Positions 62,050-64,000 of a stretch of DNA of 64,000 nt are shown in pieces. The notes beneath the pieces are model-generated. The model was not told the DNA's origin. It saw nothing but the letters and a program-made list of their open reading frames with translations, and ran no database searches. The stretch comes from Sphyrna mokarran. Its lineage: Eukaryota. The first letter of the stretch is position 1. Every line of letters starts with the position of its first letter. Made by a program: the position numbers and the translations under genes. The DNA lies in the NCBI GenBank assembly GCA_024679065.1, contig JAGIQG010000040.1, positions 5,580,001-5,644,000 on the forward strand. The letters run 5' to 3'.

Positions 62050-64000
62050 TTCATTTGGACATGAAAGACACTCCAACATGGTATGTTGCCTACCAGGTAC
62101 CAGGCTCCAGGATGTCTCTGAATGGGCAGGAAGAATTCTGAAGAGAAAGGGTTAAAAGCTATTGGTTGTGGTACATATTTGTACTGAGGTCCTGCAACAA
62201 CAGTTTGGGACTTTAGTAGCAAGTTGAAAAACAGTACCTCTTGAGTTATAATCTCAGGCCTATTCCCCGTGCCACTTGCCAGATGAGGCTAGAAATAGGA
62301 AGATAGCACCGCTCAACACGTGGCTGAACAGCTGGTGTAGGATGAAGAGTTTCAGATATCTGGACGATTGGGGTCACTTCCGAACCAGGTGGGAACACTA
62401 CAAGAAGGCTGGGATGCATCTAAACTGGACGGGCTTAAATATTCTGGCCTGGAGGTTTGCTCATGTCACAACTGAAGATTTCAATTCGTTTGGCAGGGAG
62501 TGGGAACCAAAAAAACGTGAATTAACTGTAAGGAACTAGAGAGTAGGGCCAGTAAACCTCCGAGAAAGAGCAAGCAGGATGTGGTTGCTCATGAAAGAGC
62601 GTCTGGTGGACTAAGTGCATTTGTTTCAATGCAAGAGGTGTAACAGGTAAAGCAGATGTACTTAGTTGCTATTTCAGGCTCTTGATTAAGGGAAGGACAG
62701 GATTGGCAGCTTAACTTTGAGCATATTGATGTATCAGGTTTGTTAGATGGAGAAGTCAAAGGGGTGAAGCAGTTAAGCATTAAGAAGAAACTCACAAGTG
62801 TACGGTGGGAGGGCAGCTAGAAGGCCCATGCAGTGAGGCAATATGGGTAGAGGTCAGGAATTGGAAGGATGTAGTCACAATGTTGGGGTTTACTATAGGG
62901 TGCCCAACAGCCAATGGGAGATAAAATAACAAATATTTAGGCAAAATTTGCCAAGGTGTAAAAGTAACATGCTGGTTGTGGCGGGAGATTTTAACACATC
63001 CTATATTGACTGGGTCTCCGTGCTAATGGTATGGATGGGGCAAAGTTATAAGGAGAATCCGGGTGGGCTTCTTGAAACAGTATTTAGATAGTCCAACTAA
63101 GGAACGAGCTGCACTGGACCTTGCATCAGGGAATGAACCCGGCCAGCTAGGCAACGTTTCAGTAGGGGCGCAGTTCGGGAACAGTGACTACAAATTTAGT
63201 AAGATTTCAGTACTGATGGATCAGGATATGTGTGGTTCTCAAGTTAAAGTGATAAATTGGGAGAAGGCTAATTACAACCATATTAGGCAGGAATTGAAGA
63301 ACGTAGACTGGGGCAGATATCTGAGGGAAAATCAGCACTTAGCATGTTGGAAGTTTTCAAATGTAAGTTGATAGTGATTCAAAACTGGCACATTCCTATA
63401 AGGATGAAGGATGAGAATGGCAAGTTTTGGTCAATTTGGACAACGGGAGATATTGTGAGCCTAGTCAAAGAGAAAAAAGTAAAAATTTGTCAAGGCTAAA
63501 AGGCTGGGAAAACACAAAACAAGTTTGGAATACAAGAAAAGTGGAAAGAAACGTTGGCGAAGAGTAAGGAGGGCGAAAAGGAATCACGGAAAATCATTGA
63601 TCAGCAGGATTAAGGAAAATTCCAAGGAAAGAGTAAGAAGGTAACAATGGAAAGGACAGGGGAGAGAATCTATGCGTGGAGCCAGAGGAAAGGCGAAGTG
63701 TTACTTTGCATCAGCATCCACCAAAGAGAAGCACTTAGTGCATGATGAGTCTGAGAAAGGATGTGTAAATAGTTTGAATCATTCTGAGATTAAAAAGGGA
63801 GTAAGTATTGGGGTTCTTGAGAAGCACTAAAGTAGACAAGTCCCCAGGGCCTAATGGGATTTACTCTGAATATTGAGACAAGCCATAGAGAAAATTGATG
63901 GGGCCTTGAAAGAAATTTTCGTATCCTTACTAGCTTCCGAGGAGATTAAAGATTATAAGGGGCATAGATAAAGTGGATAGTCGGAGGTTTTTTTCCCAGC
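62050..64000 (+). mobile_element. Old CR1: ORF1 esterase-like region and ORF2 endonuclease, degenerate
   Basis: RNRKIAPLNTWLNSWCRMKSFRYLDDW...LHLN-like (ORF1), then VAGDFN, PTKERAALDL...GNSD (APE) and KSPGP. Confidence 0.85.

Noticed and set aside
1-64000. D, J or C segments; NAR-TCR cassette
   Set aside because: No 12-RSS with an FGxG motif, no C1 domain and no leaderless intact V found by eye. A computational RSS scan would be needed to exclude short D segments.

Overview
Eukaryotic vertebrate DNA, most likely shark/elasmobranch (inferred from the CR1 and HE1-type SINE repeats, the GPR139-like GPCR family and the V-gene style). The core of the window is an array of T-cell receptor alpha/delta-type variable (V) gene segments. 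I find 8 open-frame V segments, each with a leader, a V-domain exon and a 23-bp-spacer RSS, plus at least 5 V pseudogenes or relics and an orphan promoter+leader, in both orientations. I saw no D, J or C segments. The V array is interleaved with 11 tRNA genes or pseudogenes (Val x2, intron-containing Ile-TAT, Asn, Glu x3, Lys, Thr, Leu, Gln) plus a Lys half-gene. It is bracketed by parts of two different two-exon GPR139-like GPCR genes: exon 1 at 3.3 kb and exon 2 at 61 kb. The 39-56 kb stretch is a triplicated ~4.9-kb unit carrying one V family. Repeats include young and old CR1 LINEs, a Penelope element, Rex1/Babar and RTE fragments, SINEs and an 798-bp solo LTR with a 4-bp TSD. All calls were made by eye, and family assignments need database confirmation.
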